This document shows positions 33,857 to 49,320 of a stretch of DNA of 64,000 bases, in pieces. Position 1 is the stretch's first letter. Each line of letters begins with the position of its first letter. Source of the DNA: the human T2T-CHM13v2.0 reference genome, Homo sapiens; NCBI RefSeq assembly GCF_009914755.1, contig NC_060937.1. One strand, given 5' to 3'. A program made the translations under genes and the position numbers. Below the pieces are notes generated by a model, which ran no database searches, had not been told where the DNA came from, and was given only the letters and a program-made list of their open reading frames with translations.

Positions 33857-34869
33857 ATACTATTCAAATTGATATCAAACTTGTAGCCAACAGATTGATG
33901 TAAAATTATCTATTTTTGCCTACATTTTGTGTTTATGCAATTATACCATTTAATTGAAGCTGTGGTTTTGAATACAATTTTAGCTTTTTGCAAATAGTTG
34001 CTACAGGTGATGTGTTCATTTTTGAATAATAAAGTGTTGGCTTAATTATTTTAAGAATTTTATATAATTTTCCTTCGTGTGGATAATTTGCTTTGTTATC
34101 CATATTTCATAGTCGGTATTTTAGAATTGAGACTACATTTCTAGTAGTATTCTCAGTTTAAAGGCTGAAATAAATTTTTTTTTTTAATGAGCAAGAAAGC
34201 TTTTACGTTAACATCTTACTCAGATTAACATAACCAAATTTAAATCTATGCAAGTCAGACAGAATTAGAGATGGCAGAATGCTAGCATGTGCGCTCACGT
34301 GCTGAAGAACTTCTAAACCGTGTCCATCAGCTTGTCGCCTATTTTGGTCACAGATGCTCCCCATGCCAGGATTTCTACGAACTTTCTAAAGAAGATGCTT
34401 AGTCTAATAGTTTTGACCATCAGCAAAACTGCTCTAAGAGTTACCCTAGATTCTACCTTTCTATTTCATTAACTCTCCTAGAAACAATTCTGTTCCAGTA
34501 CATTCTTTCTTTCTTTCTGGGTTCAGAGTTCTCTTCTCTCTAGGAAAACCATCAGGTTACACAGTGTTTGTAGTTCCGAACGTCACGGGCGGTTATGAGG
34601 GACAGTTGATGTGTCCCACCAGCAGCAAGACTGTGAATTGTACATGACGGTGACAGAAATGACCAGTCCAGTCCATGTGCAAAGGCAGGAGTTTACAAAG
34701 TAAAGGGGTCAGTACTAATTGATCACTGGCACCCTGAAACCACAACTTTTCATTCACCTTTTTATTTTTTTGAATAATTATTTTATCTTATATGTTCATC
34801 AAATATATATGTATCTGGGGAAAATGCTCCCTTTGAAAATGATAACTTTTAGTTATACATGTTAAACTA

Positions 34870-35219
34870 CTTTTTTGAGACAGGATGTTGCTCTGTTGCT
34901 CAGGCTGGAGTGTAGTGACACCGTAACTGCTCACTGCAGCCTCTGGGGCCCAAGTGGTCCTCCCACCTCAGCCTCCTGAGTGGCTGGGACCACAGGCACA
35001 CACCACCATGCCCGGCTAACTTTAAAAAAAGTTTTTTTTGTTTTGGCTGTTTTTTGTTGTTTTTGTTTGTTTGTTTGTTTGTTGTTTTTTTTTTTTTTTT
35101 TGTAGAACAATGTCTCTCTATGTTGCCCAGGCTGGTCTTGAACTCCTGGGCTCAAGTGATCCCCCTACCTCAGCCTCAAAATGTGCTGAGATTACAGGCG
35201 TGAGCCACCGCATGTGGCC
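34870..35219 (-). mobile_element. AluJ-type SINE with expanded (TTTG)n middle linker
   Basis: Both Alu arms in reverse orientation; J-type ctgggctcaagtgatcc; simple repeat at ~35031-35101. Confidence 0.9.
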
Positions 35220-35898
35220 AAAGGCATTCTATTATTTTAAAATTTACTTTCTTATTTTTTTCTTGTTGAGTAAAATTGAGAAAGACTGAGGAAAATATGG
35301 GGCAGCAGTGAGAGAAGGAAGTGAACGAGAGCAAGAAGGTGATTTACATTTTAGCCAGTATTTCACTGGACCCCAATTTGAGCAAAAAATGAAAGACATC
35401 AGGCTTCCTTACCTGTTGTTACCCATGCTCAGTGAAAAGGCATAAAAATAACCTTCGACAACCTTATGCCTATTGAAGTCAGAACCCTGTAGTGTAGTCA
35501 TTTAATTGCATTTGTATTAGATGTGATTAAATATTTTAGTTGTATGTATTCATCACAATGACTGGACGTTAGAAATAAATAATTCAGGCCAAGAAATACA
35601 TGGAACGTTAAGGAAGTTATTAGAAGCAAGGGATTACCTACAAGCTAGAAGTGAATCCAAAGCAGGGTCAGAGATGGGTCACATTGGAAAGACCAAATGT
35701 TAGAAAGACAAGGAGATTTTGGTGATGAGGCCACCCTATCCAGAGAGATGCTGCTGCAGAGTTGATCAGGGCTGGAAAGCATGGATCAAAGATGAAGAGC
35801 AAGTGTTAACAGCCTCTCCTTATGCTTTCAAAGGATTATTTTAGGAGGATTAAGTTAGGAGACTTTAACCTTCCCATGTGTACTAAATGGGGCCTCAC

Positions 35899-36338
35899 TG
35901 TGTTAGTTTCTGGGGGCTGCCGTAATAGTACCACAAACTAGGTGGCTTTAAAAAAAGAAATTTATTCTTTCACAGCTGTGTAGAGAAGTCCAAAATCAAG
36001 GTGATGGCAGGGCTGGTTCCTTCTGAAGTTGTGAGGGGGTCAGTGCCAGGCTCCCTCCAGCTTACAGTGTTGCTGGCATCCTCAGCATTCCCTGGTTTGG
36101 GGACACGTCACCCTGATTGCTGCCTTCACCCTCACAGGGCTTGCTCCCCGAGTGCATGCATGCCTGGTTCAAGTGCCCCTTCTTTCAAAGGACAACAGGC
36201 GATGGATTAGGGCCCACTCTAATGACCTTGTCTTGACCTGTTCATCTGCAAATACCCTATTTCCAAATAAAGGCACATTCAAAGGTGCTAGGGTTAGGAC
36301 GTCAACATTTTTGGGGGAAACACCATTCAAGCCATAAT
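35899..36338 (-). mobile_element. MLT1 (ERVL-MaLR) solo LTR, MLT1B/C-like
   Basis: tgtgttagtttc...accacaaactaggtggcttt...gtccaaaatcaaggtg...catctgcaaataccctatttccaaataa...gttaggacgtcaaca is characteristic of MLT1. Confidence 0.85.
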
Positions 36339-36779
36339 GGGTGGTGATTGATAATGACACTGAGTTTTCTTGCCTAGTAAATAGTCCATATTCTAAAGGC
36401 CTTGGTACTGCTGAAAAAAGAAGTAGTTTAGTGTTTCATGAGCTTTTGAATACCCTTACTATCCCCTAGACCTGTTTGCAAACAGGAGCTTTTAATACGT
36501 ATTCCTACCAACTGGTTACCCTCTCAATGACCTTGAATCTATCCTGAATTAATCACCTACATCATGGCACTGTAGAAGCCACAGCAGGTCAGAGGGGACT
36601 TACTTCTTGTTGCCATGTTAAGACAGCATGTAGTGGCCACTAATGTGAATTCTACTCCAAACAACACGGTCCCTCCGTTACAGCAGAAAGGAAACTGAAT
36701 AACCCTCAGATGCCACCTGGGAGTTATTTTTATTTTTACTAAACCACCTTTACCCCTTCGGAAGAATGCAGTGCAATTC

Positions 36780-36950
36780 CATGCAGTTCACATAATCTCA
36801 TACTATCCCCACTACATCTCTGAGATGTATAGTTATTCCCCTTTTTATAGAGTGAGGAGACTAACAGGGGTTAAGTAATCTACCAAAGGGCATATTATCA
36901 ATGAACAGAAGATTCAGGATCAGCCCAGAGCTGACAGACTCTAATGCTAA
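36780..36950 (-). mobile_element. MIR fragment
   Basis: ttattcccctttttatagagtgaggagact...ggggttaagtaatctaccaaagg. Confidence 0.65.
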
Positions 36951-38234
36951 TAATATAATCCATATGAACATTTCTTTAGAAGGCAAACAGTATCATAGGC
37001 TCCCAAGGAAAACAGCAGACCCACGCTTTGTTCAAGCCCATCCCTTGGACCCATTCCCCAGCAGCAGCTTCATAGAATTCTTTTGGCATTCTTCTCACAT
37101 ATTTATCTCCATATTTCTGGATTATATGTTTGTATTGCTTATTCTTGATTTATTAATTGTAGACATCATCTATTCAGACCTTAGCAGGACTATAAAGCTA
37201 TGGTGTTCTTTCACATTCTTTCCTACTCCCGTCTTTCCCAAAGTAGGTACATCATTGGATTTTGTTAAGTGAATGCCCAGTGTTTACCTTATTTTGAATG
37301 TAGAAGTATTGTTCATGGCTGAGCCCAGTGGTAAACAATAACATTTCCATTCTTGGGAAACTGTTCTTTTACCTAAAGTTTTTAATGGTCTTGTTTTGTG
37401 AGAGTTGATGTTGTTCATCCTTCGGTTTTCTACGGTCCTATCACAAATTCTTTCCAAATTCTGCATCCGTATTAGTAAACACCTTTAAATAGTATGTCCT
37501 GCAAGGTTGAATACATCAGGGACTTCATCAGCTCAGCTTCTTCTTGCAGCCAGGCCTGGGGGGCCTCTGTCCCCTTGCTGCATGGTGGTTATTGTCACAT
37601 TTCATGTCATCTCTCTGCCACGGATCTCCCATTTTCCATATCCATGTTTTTTCTTGCTGGATTTCCTTTCTTGTTTTGGTAAGTTATGCCTTCTAATAGG
37701 CTGTACAACCCTAGAGTGATAGTTTAGCTAGGTATAGAAATCTAGATTAAAAAATAATTTTCCCTTGTGATTTTATCTCCAACACATGATGTTGCTTTTG
37801 AGCAATCTGTACTATTTGTGTTTTACACCTTACTGAGGGATACTTGATATGCAATAAACTGTACACATATACCATAAACAATTTGATACAGCTTGACAAA
37901 TATATATACCCATGAAATTATCATCACAATCAAGATAACAAACATATCCATCACCGTCAAAAGTTCACTTCCCTTCTTTGCAAACCCTCTCTCTTACCTC
38001 TTTCCACCTGCAAACAACCACGAATCTGCTTTTTGTCAGTATGGATTGGTTTGCATTTATTAGAATTTTGTATACATGGGATTTTATAGTGTGTGCTCTT
38101 TCTTGTCTGGCTTCTTTCACTTAGCATAATGATTTTAAGAGTAATCCATATATAGCATGCATCCATAGGCCATTCCTTTTATGGGTGAGTATTCTGCTGT
38201 AGGGAGAGACAGTTGTTTATCCATAAGTAATGTC

Positions 38235-38356
38235 CTTCAGTCAACCAGCCACATCTCCAGTGCTGAGTCGTCACAGGGGGCTACTGGCAATCATCTTGAT
38301 CAGTACGACAAATAGTAGTGCCATCATTGCAAAATGTTCTAATGAGCAATATTCTA
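38235..38356. mobile_element. MER3/MER33-like hAT fragment
   Basis: agccacatctccagtgct...ggctactggc...ccatcattgcaaaatgttcta. Confidence 0.5.
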
Positions 38357-39092
38357 ACATTCTATAGTTTTAGCTCTCACATTTAGGACTGTGATGCATT
38401 TTGAATTAATTTTTGTATGTGACATGAAGTAAGTGTTAGTATTTTTTTGCATATTGTTACTCATTGTTCCAGTATCATTTTTTGAAAAGATTATTCTTTA
38501 CCCATTAAATTGCCATGGCACCTTTGTCAAAAATCAATTGACCATATATGTGTGGTTTTACTTCTGGACTCTTTATTATTTTACATTGATCTATTGATCT
38601 ATGTTTATGTCAATACCACGCAATCTTAATTACTGTATAAGTCCTAAAAACAGGTAGTGTAAATACTCCAACTTTGTTAATGTTTTTTCAAAGTTGTTTT
38701 GGCTGTTTTATGTACTTTGCATTTCCATATAAAGTTTGGAATAAGCTTGTCAATGTCTACAAAAAAAAAAGCCTTCTGCAGTTTTAATTGAGGCCTTATG
38801 GAATCTATAGATGAATTTTGGGAGAACCGATATCTTAACAACATTGAGTCATCAATCCTTCAACATGTTATATAATCTCCACTTATTTAAATCTTCTTTA
38901 GTTTCCTTTAGTCATGTTTTTCAGTTTTGAGTGCAAAGATCTCATACATCTTTTGTCATATTTATCCCAAACTATTTTAGTTTTGGATTCTTGCCATGGA
39001 CATCCCGTCATGTGCAAATAAAGGCATTTTTATTTCTTCCTTTCTAATCTGATGTCTTTTTTTTTTTTCTTATCTTATTGCACTGGCTAGAA

Positions 39093-39625
39093 CAGCAGTC
39101 CCCAACCTTTTTGGCACCAGGGACCAGTTTCGTGGGAGACAAACTTTCCACAGATGGGGGGTTGTGGGGGGATGCTTTCAGGATGATTCAAGTGCATTAC
39201 ATTTATTGTGCATTTTATTTCTATTATTACTACATTGTAATATATAAATGAAATAATTATACAACTCACCAGAATGTAGAATCAGTGGGAGCCCTGAGCT
39301 CATTTTCCTGCAACTGGATGGTCCCATCTGGGGGTGATGGGAGACAGTGACAGATCATCAGGCATTAGATTCTCATAAGGAGCACACAACCAAGATCCCT
39401 CGCGTGTGCAGTTCACAACAGTGTTCACGCGCCTATGAGAATCTAATGCCATCACTGATCTGACAGGAGGCAGAGCTCAGGTGGTGATGTGGGCATTGGG
39501 GAGCAGCTGTAAATACAGATGAAGCTTCGCTGGCTGCCCACCTCCTGCTGGGTGGCCTTGTTCCTAACAGGCCATGGACAGGGACAGGTACCAGTCAATG
39601 GCTGGGCAGGGAGCTGCGATTCCTG
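39093..39625 (+). mobile_element. MER1A (hAT-Charlie) non-autonomous DNA transposon, full length, with 8-bp TSD
   Basis: Starts cagcagtccccaacctttttggcaccagggacc and is ~533 bp long. TSD GGCTAGAA at 39085-39092 and 39626-39633; internal 17-bp inverted repeat at 39361-39377/39434-39450. Confidence 0.92.
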
Positions 39626-39736
39626 GGCTAGAACCTCCAGTGCAGTGTTGGAGTGAAGTGGTGAGACCTGGCATTCTTGTCTTATTCTTTATCTTAGGGA
39701 AAGCTTTCAGTCTTTCATGTTAAGAATGGCATTAGC

Positions 39737-41350
<1,614 letters not shown>

Positions 41351-42229
41351 ACGTGTTGAAATCGCCAGGTTTAACCAGGAGTCCCCTGCACTGCAGTCAT
41401 CATCCTAAATGGCTTTCCTTGGCGATGCTGCCCCCTTACCAGAAACCTAGAGAAGGTCTCAGGAGGTCTCGCTTCTCTGGCTTGTAGTCCATCGTAAGGT
41501 TTTGCATTGCTAACTGGAATTTTCTCCTTTATCAGGTCTTGGACATTCACTGTTTTCTCTCACCAAATCCTCTCTTTTTTTCCTCTGTCTCCCTGTGTCC
41601 TTGACCCTTATGGAAAACCAGAGCCAGCTTCCGTTCCTCAGCCTTTCTTCTCTAAACACCAAGTTCCACCATTGACAGAACACTGAGTCCTGCACAGTCA
41701 CATGGACACGAGTAAGGAGAGTTCAGAGGCTGCAGTGGAGTTCCACACGAAGCACAGGAGGTGAAACCCCTTTTTCCTGGCTCCTCAGGAGACATGTGAA
41801 GACAACGCGATTAGAGGTCCTTCAGGCACGGATAGGGTTTGTATCTGCTGAATCCCAATCCATCTCACATCTCCATCTCTAAATGCGCACTTTCGGATAT
41901 CTGTGAATACCCCCTGTGAAGTTCCTGGTTGGCAGCGGGCGGGGTGTGCAGCTCTGTGTCCAAGTATGAAATGCCCCAATGCCAGTTGCAATTGTTTTGA
42001 TTTTGGTGTTAGAGTCTAATGTTAGCTGTGACCCCTTCCTTTCCCTTTTCATCTTGAAGAGACTGTCTTCATTTGAAATAGGGAAAGGAAAGGAGTGTAA
42101 CTCTCATAGGAGTGACGGGAGCCACCCCACACTGAAGCTGCGGTAGAACCTTGAGGTGGAACCATTTCTGCAAAGGGTGTTCTTAGAAATAGAAACCACA
42201 GTGCTAAACACCACCACCACCTACAGCCC

Positions 42230-42541
42230 CAGCAATGAGGCCGATCACCAGGCAGACTCCGGCAGATGGGGAGAACACAGCCACAGAGGGATGCCAGTCC
42301 CTACAGACAGCAATGAGGCCAATCACCAGGCAGACTCCAGCAGACGGGGAGAACACAGCCACAGAGGGATGCCAGTCCCTACAGACAGCAATGAGGCCAA
42401 TCACCAGGCAGACTCCGGCAGACGGGGAGAACACAGCCACAGAGGGATGCCAGTCCCTACAGACAGCAATGAGGCCAATCACCAGGCAGACTCCGGCAGA
42501 CGGGGAGAACACAGCCACAGAGTGATGCCAGTCCCTACAGA
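42230..42541. repeat. 78-bp minisatellite, 4 near-identical copies
   Basis: agcaatgaggccaatcaccaggcagactccggcagacggggagaacacagccacagagggatgccagtccctacagac starts at 42231, 42309, 42387 and 42465. Confidence 0.98.
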
Positions 42542-43995
42542 GGACGAGATGATCTCAGTGCTATTACATAAGCGCTAACAGGGTGATTATTCCACCTAGT
42601 CCACGAACATGGAATTTTATCTAGTGGCCAGAGATGTCCAAAGAATTGCCACAGAAAGCTTTTCACAGAATTATTAAGTGATTCATGGGCCCTATTCAGA
42701 AATGTCCAGAAATAGAAAATGCACGTGGTATTTATAAAGGGGTTAATTCATTAATCTCTTCTCTATCACAAAAAAGTAGGCTACTGCTGGAACCAAAGGT
42801 CCCCAAAATAAAGTCAATGAAACTATTGTGACCCAAAACTTAGAGACGTTCTTTGAGCATATAAGCGAATTGGACTCAGGGACCCAAAAATCAAACAAAT
42901 ACTGAAAAAAAAAAAAAAAAAGCATTTTATGGCAGGCCATTGTATAAGTGTCAGAATTTGGATAAAGAATAATAAGGAAAATTTTTTTTTCTTCTCAAAA
43001 TACACATACATAGCTATACTTAAATATAACTGTGCCCTTCTTCTCACTGGTACATAACATATACAAAAAAGACAAAATGGAATTATGGCTGGTATTGGGA
43101 CTATTTAGATGATTCCTATATAATCTGGAAAATGTGTATGATGTAGCATTTATAGGGCACAAATACACCATTGTGTGATGTGTCTTCCACTATTACACCA
43201 AAAGCACAAAACACTACAACACAAAACAATTTGGTTTGGCTTTTAAAATAAAATGAATTTAATTAAGCAAACAGACAAAAAAATCCTTTTAAATATAAGG
43301 TTGGAAAAATCTTTCTAAAATTATTTTTATAGACACAATATCCTGCAGGGTTTTTAGTTTGAAGTAGAAGAAACCCAGTGGTTCAATGAGAAATGGATGT
43401 GATGAAACATTGGCTCTGGCAGGCTTAAGAGGTAGCTTGCCAACCCAGTGTTGAAAAAGTTGATGACAAAAGGTTCCTGAAATCAAATTTTCCTCTTTGG
43501 ACTCCTTCTAGAATGCCTCCAAGTCTGATTTTCATAAAATGAATTCAGGAAGCCAAATCTGTCTTTATCCTATGTTATTATGTGAGAGAATTTTCCATGA
43601 CCTCGAAGGGAGAACACACGTTTTGGTGAGTTTGCGAGTGAAAATCTTATTATAATTTATTTCCAAGAGAAAAAGACGAATGATCCAGAATGTGCTCACA
43701 CTCACACGTTTGCCTGTGAAATGTGTCCTGCCAACACAGAAGCAGGGCGCTCAGCTGGACCAGGGGTCTCAGGCCACACTCAATTCACTCGTGTGTGGAG
43801 CAAGTGTGTTCAGAGACAGCATCCCTAAAACATCTCTCGCCTGGATTTGCTCACTCAACAAGTAAATAGGACCTCTGTATCCTAAGTTCTAGTACACAGA
43901 AACATGACATTTTGAATCATCTGAGAAATGCAGTTTGCTTTTAATAGAATAAGGAAAAAATAAAAAACTTTTTTTCTACATTTAAAAACAGCATA

Positions 43996-44288
<293 letters not shown>

Positions 44289-44350
44289 GAAGGAAGGAAG
44301 GAAGAAAAGAAGGAAGGAAGGAAGGAAGGAAGGAAGGAAGGAAGGAAGGA

Positions 44351-44383
<33 letters not shown>
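44289..44383. repeat. Compound (GGAA)n(GGCA)n tetranucleotide microsatellite from the Alu tail
   Basis: Directly visible. Confidence 0.97.
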
Positions 44384-44384
<1 letters not shown>

Positions 44385-44504
44385 TTCAACACCAACAAAA
44401 GTTACAAAAAGAAAAATTAGATAATTGTCCACACCATGCATGTAAACTCACACTGATTGAAGTGGCAACATTTGGTTTGAATATTTGAATATTTTTTCAG
44501 CTTT

Positions 44505-44691
44505 TCTTAAGGCATACTCATGTATCAGAATTACCTAGGATGTTTCCAAAAAATGTGGATTTCTGAGTCCCACCCAGTAGTAGATAACCATATTAAATAC
44601 CCCTTAATCTGGGGGTGGGTGTATCTCAGAAATCTTTATTATAACAAACCCTCCAACTAACTGCTTTGCCTATGAAACTTTAGAACCACTG
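44505..44691. mobile_element. MER5-like hAT MITE
   Basis: atcagaattacctagg...ttctgagtcccaccc...taacaaaccctcca...tttagaaccactg. Confidence 0.55.
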
Positions 44692-44834
44692 AGTTCAGAT
44701 AGGTCCTTCACTTCTTTCCTAACATATTAACTAATGAAATGAAAAAAAAAATTCACACCTGAATTTCCCTAGTGTATAAATTTCTTCTTATGCAGTCATT
44801 GAGTCATTCCAAACTCTGGAAGTTGAGTTAATTA

Positions 44835-45200
<366 letters not shown>

Positions 45201-45214
45201 TTAAGACCTCAGAG

Positions 45215-45380
45215 CTGTGTTATGACCACTTGAAATTTGGCTACTGCTATTGAGGAACTGAGTTTTTAATTAAAGTAAATGTAAATAACCACATGGGGCT
45301 AGTGGCAGGCGTATGAGGTAGTGCAGACATTGATCATTTCCATCATCACAGAAAGTCCCATCAACAGCCTTGTCTTAGAC
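45215..45380. mobile_element. MER3-like hAT fragment
   Basis: cacttgaaatttggcta...gaggaactga...ccacatggggctagtggc...tttccatcatcacagaaagt. Confidence 0.6.
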
Positions 45381-45599
45381 AATAAACTGCAGTGCCCAGT
45401 GCTGCCCAGCTGATTTTGAGAGTGCCTGGATATGTGTGTGAAGTCCCTCAGCTTCTTTGCAGGAAACATGCTTGAGTCAAACGAGGGATTACTCACTTAC
45501 ATTGTATTTTATTTACACGAGACAAGCTATTTTGTATACTGCATTGTGTTTACGGATGAGACAGGCATTGTAATCAGAAGGTTTATAGATAAAACGGAA

Positions 45600-46590
45600 A
45601 TGTTCATATTCAATTGCATTTTTCAGTTCTAGAGTTCTCGTGTGTTTTCTTTCCAATTGTTTTTGCTTCTCTATTGATATTTCCTATTGATCCCACAATA
45701 TTTTTACATTTTCACTTAAATCTTTCAACCTATTTATAATGGTCGTGTTAAAGTCCATCGTCTTTGTCATTTCCAGTCAGTTTCTTTTGACTGATTTTTC
45801 TCCTCACATTTTTCTCACATTTCCTTGCTTCTTTATATATCTGGCAAGTTTTTATTGCATGCTGGACATAGTGGATGCCAGCTTTTTGAATGTCTGGGTT
45901 TCGTTGTCCTCATTTGAAGAATATTGAAGTTAATGGTGGTAGGCAGTTAATTTACGTGCAGCTCAACTTGATCCTCTTAAGGCTTGATTTTAAGCTCAGT
46001 TAGTGAATGCCTGCAGTAGTCTTGACTCTAGGGCTAGAGTAACCTTATTCCTAAATCACGTCTGCTCCAGGATATTAACTGGAGTGCTTGGTGTGTTCAA
46101 CGAGGTCTCTCCATACTGGTTTGTTGGTCCTCATTGTCTTCCAGCCCCATGCCAGTTCTGGAATTTCTACTCAGCTCCTCTCCCTGGTAGTTGGTCTTTG
46201 TCTGCTGTTTTGGAGTCTTGCCTTAGCAGGTAGAGCTGAGTATTCAAAGATGCCAGCAGGCCTCCCTGTGGATTTCTGAAACTTCTCCTCTGAGCCTTCA
46301 GCCTGTGCTCCCCTCCAGCTCCACTGCATCTCCTACACTTCTCGACCTAGCAGGATGGCCTTGTCCTGCCCGGGCTCCTCTGGGACCTGCTTTGGGAAGG
46401 CTCATGGCAGGACACTGGGCAATCCTGGGGCTCACCTCTGTTATGGCCCTTCTTTCAGGGAGCACAGGCCTGCACTCTTATTGTCAAGCATCTGAAAACA
46501 CTCGTTTCACACATTTTGTCCAACTTTATAGATTTTTAACAGCAGAAGTTCTAGTTTGATACCAGTTTCATCATGACCAGAAGTAGAAAT
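45600..46590 (-). mobile_element. Old L1M 5' region remnant
   Basis: Ends in tctgaaaacactcgtttcacacattttgtccaac...taccagtttcatcatgaccagaag, like the L1M 5' end at 1340-1440. Confidence 0.65.
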
Positions 46591-48134
46591 GCACATGGAA
46601 ATTAACTGTCACAGCTAAAAGAACAGTGAGAATTTTCAAACAGTTTAAACAGTAGATCTCCCACTAAAAGAAATTTGCCTAAGAGGACACAGTCCAGATA
46701 AGTCAAATATACTTAAGTAGAGACGGTTTTCAGAATTTAACAGACCAGTAACTTGTTACATAATTTCATCAAGTTCTGGACACATGTCCACTGTCCATTT
46801 ATAAATGAAATCAGAAGAAGGACCTCGTCCTTGCATGAATATGGTTCACGGGACTAGAAAGCAAGAACCATTGGTTCTTCTGGATCCAGGGCACCTGCTT
46901 GTATAACTTAGGCGACACTTTGCTCCCTGTGTGCCAAGGTACCCTGGGACCTCACAGCAAGCTCACAGGGGTGCCAACAACATTGATATTTTCAATGTTC
47001 AAGGGAAACACAGTGATAACTGTTGTCTGTGGACACCGCACAAACTAGTAGCCCGATATGGTTCATGGTTCCATATGAGACAGGGCTACAACCCTCATGG
47101 CAGCAGCCTTGTCTCTGTGAATCTGGGTTTTGACATTTGCTGCAGTATAAAAGCAAGTACCCCACAAAAATCAAAGCAGAAAATGAAACGAAGGTGGCAG
47201 CTGCAAAATCTCCTTCCAATGGTAGGCACACACATGCCATTAGTAAGAAATTATGATTATTAAAGAATTTAATTACAATCTCACTCTTCTGTCTCTCTTT
47301 TTGGAATTCTTTGGAAAAAAAAAAAAAGAGGGTTATTTACCATGCAGAGTTTCCCACGGTCTGGGTTGCCAATTGCATCCGTGGTATCCTTTATCATTGC
47401 CTCTTCCGTGACTTTTCTGGGAACTGACAGTTGGCCTCAGAGTCCTGATACTGTTCAGGTTTGATTCAAGGGCAAAAGGGAAGCAGCGTGACTTCCGGGA
47501 GTTGGTGCCATTGAGGGTTAATGCGTGAATCCATTCGTTAATTAGGAGATGCGAAATGCTTTTTCAAATTCTATCATTACTGTAATGTATTAGCTATAAT
47601 ACTTCTACAAAGGAAAAAATATGTCTTCTTGACTATTAGGTTACCCAGTGGTAGAGTTAGTACAGAAACCAGAATGCACATGCTACAATCTTTCCCTTTA
47701 CTTACCAGTTTTCAAAATAACGAATCAGTTCCTTATATGCACTGTATTTTGTGCATTTAGAAACATTATCCTGAGAAGGGGTTCAGAGGCTTCACCACAG
47801 TGTCAAAGGGGCTGATAGTGTCCATGGAACTCCCATTTTAGACTATTCCAGGAGTCACAGAGGTCAATTTGACATCTTGGGCTTACAACAAAGATGTTCA
47901 TTTTAAGCCATGACCTGATTTAAGTAAATCAAATTTGCCCTTGGGTTTTTGCCAATGTCAACCCTCCCAGAGTCCACTGCTGTTCAACCTCTTCTCTTCT
48001 AAGTCCCAGTGGATCTACAGAGTGATTCCAACTGATCGCTTCCTTTGTCTCCACAGCACTCAATCTTTGCATCTTGGTGGTTGGTGAAATTCCACCTTAG
48101 TTGTACTGTGATCTACACCGTATGTAGACCCTAC

Positions 48135-48330
48135 AGTGGTAGCTGTGGTATAGGGATACTGATTTGAAGTCAGATGATCTAATTCAAACGTTGACTATGC
48201 TACTTACTAGCTTTGTAAACATGAAGCAAATTGCTTCACGTCTTTGAGCTGGTTTCTTCAAATGGAAAATGGCAAAAATGATATATAACTTGAAGGACTG
48301 TGAGAACTAAAGAAGGAAATATTCTTGAAA
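48135..48330 (+). mobile_element. MIR (MIRb-like)
   Basis: tttgaagtcagatgatct...tacttactagctttgt...gtttcttcaaatggaaaatgg. Confidence 0.65.
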
Positions 48331-48516
48331 GATTGAGCCATTAGAGGTTCTCAGCAAATATTTGTTAAATCTGATTCTCAGTTCCCAAATGCAGGGGATT
48401 TGTTCATTAGATCTTTGGTACTGGCCATCGTAGTAAAAGAAAAAAAATTATTGCACTGTGAGATAGTTCCGATTTAGGGCTGTAAGCGATAACACATTCC
48501 CATCCATTTCAGCAAA

Positions 48517-48625
48517 CTCTCTCTCTCCCTTCCTCTCTCTCCTTCCTTCTCCTTCCCTTCCCTTCTCTTGTTCTTCTTCTTCTCTCTCTCTGACTCTTCC
48601 TCTGTGTCTCTGTCTCTCTGTCTAC
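48517..48625. repeat. CT-rich low-complexity polypyrimidine tract
   Basis: Directly visible. Confidence 0.85.
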
Positions 48626-49320
48626 CTCCGCCCCATATGTGTCTCTCTCCTAGAGGCGCAGGGCTGAGCTCTGACAGTCAGAGCTGTGTGATTCCGAAAT
48701 GCTCCTGAGAGCAAGTTACACTCCACTCACGGCACAGCTGATCTTCCCTGGGCTCAACAAGGCTGCCCCAGTGAAGACATTCAATGCAGTTGGCTTCTCA
48801 CCACCCTGGCTTGAAATGGCCACATCGGGCTCTAACCTCGAATCCAGTAGCTTCTGTACTGTGTCTCAGCCATCCCTACACCATCACGGTCCATCCCATT
48901 TGGTTAGTCTGAAAAACCAGTGATGTCCTCAGCACTCCCCAGGATTCTTTTTTGTGCCCCTCCCTGGTCAGAAAGCACGTCCATTTCTGAGAACTGCAAC
49001 CTCCTCCAGCCATTCACCCACCAGGCCCTTCTCTTCTCTTCCAGATGGCTTGGCATCTTCTTCCGAGCAAGCGCAGCTCTCAGGCCGGGCCTGAGCCTGC
49101 AGCCTGTGTGCCCTCCATCATCAGGGCCCCCTCTCAGGACAGGCTACACCGAGGGTGGGACGGCGGACTTCCAGGGACACTTCCAAGTCGTGCCCATGCA
49201 GGTTTGGATATTACTGTTCCTACCGATTCCCTGTGTCTCCCTGAACCTGTTTCCTTATTTGTCACAAGGGCATGAGAAACACTCACCTCAGCCTTGTTAA
49301 TAAGGATAAATAACAGATTT

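Noticed and set aside
42156-42578. Repeat-protein ORFs or CRISPR-like array
   Set aside because: Head-to-tail 78-bp minisatellite with no unique spacers and no cas genes, in primate DNA; frames are open because the unit is a multiple of 3.
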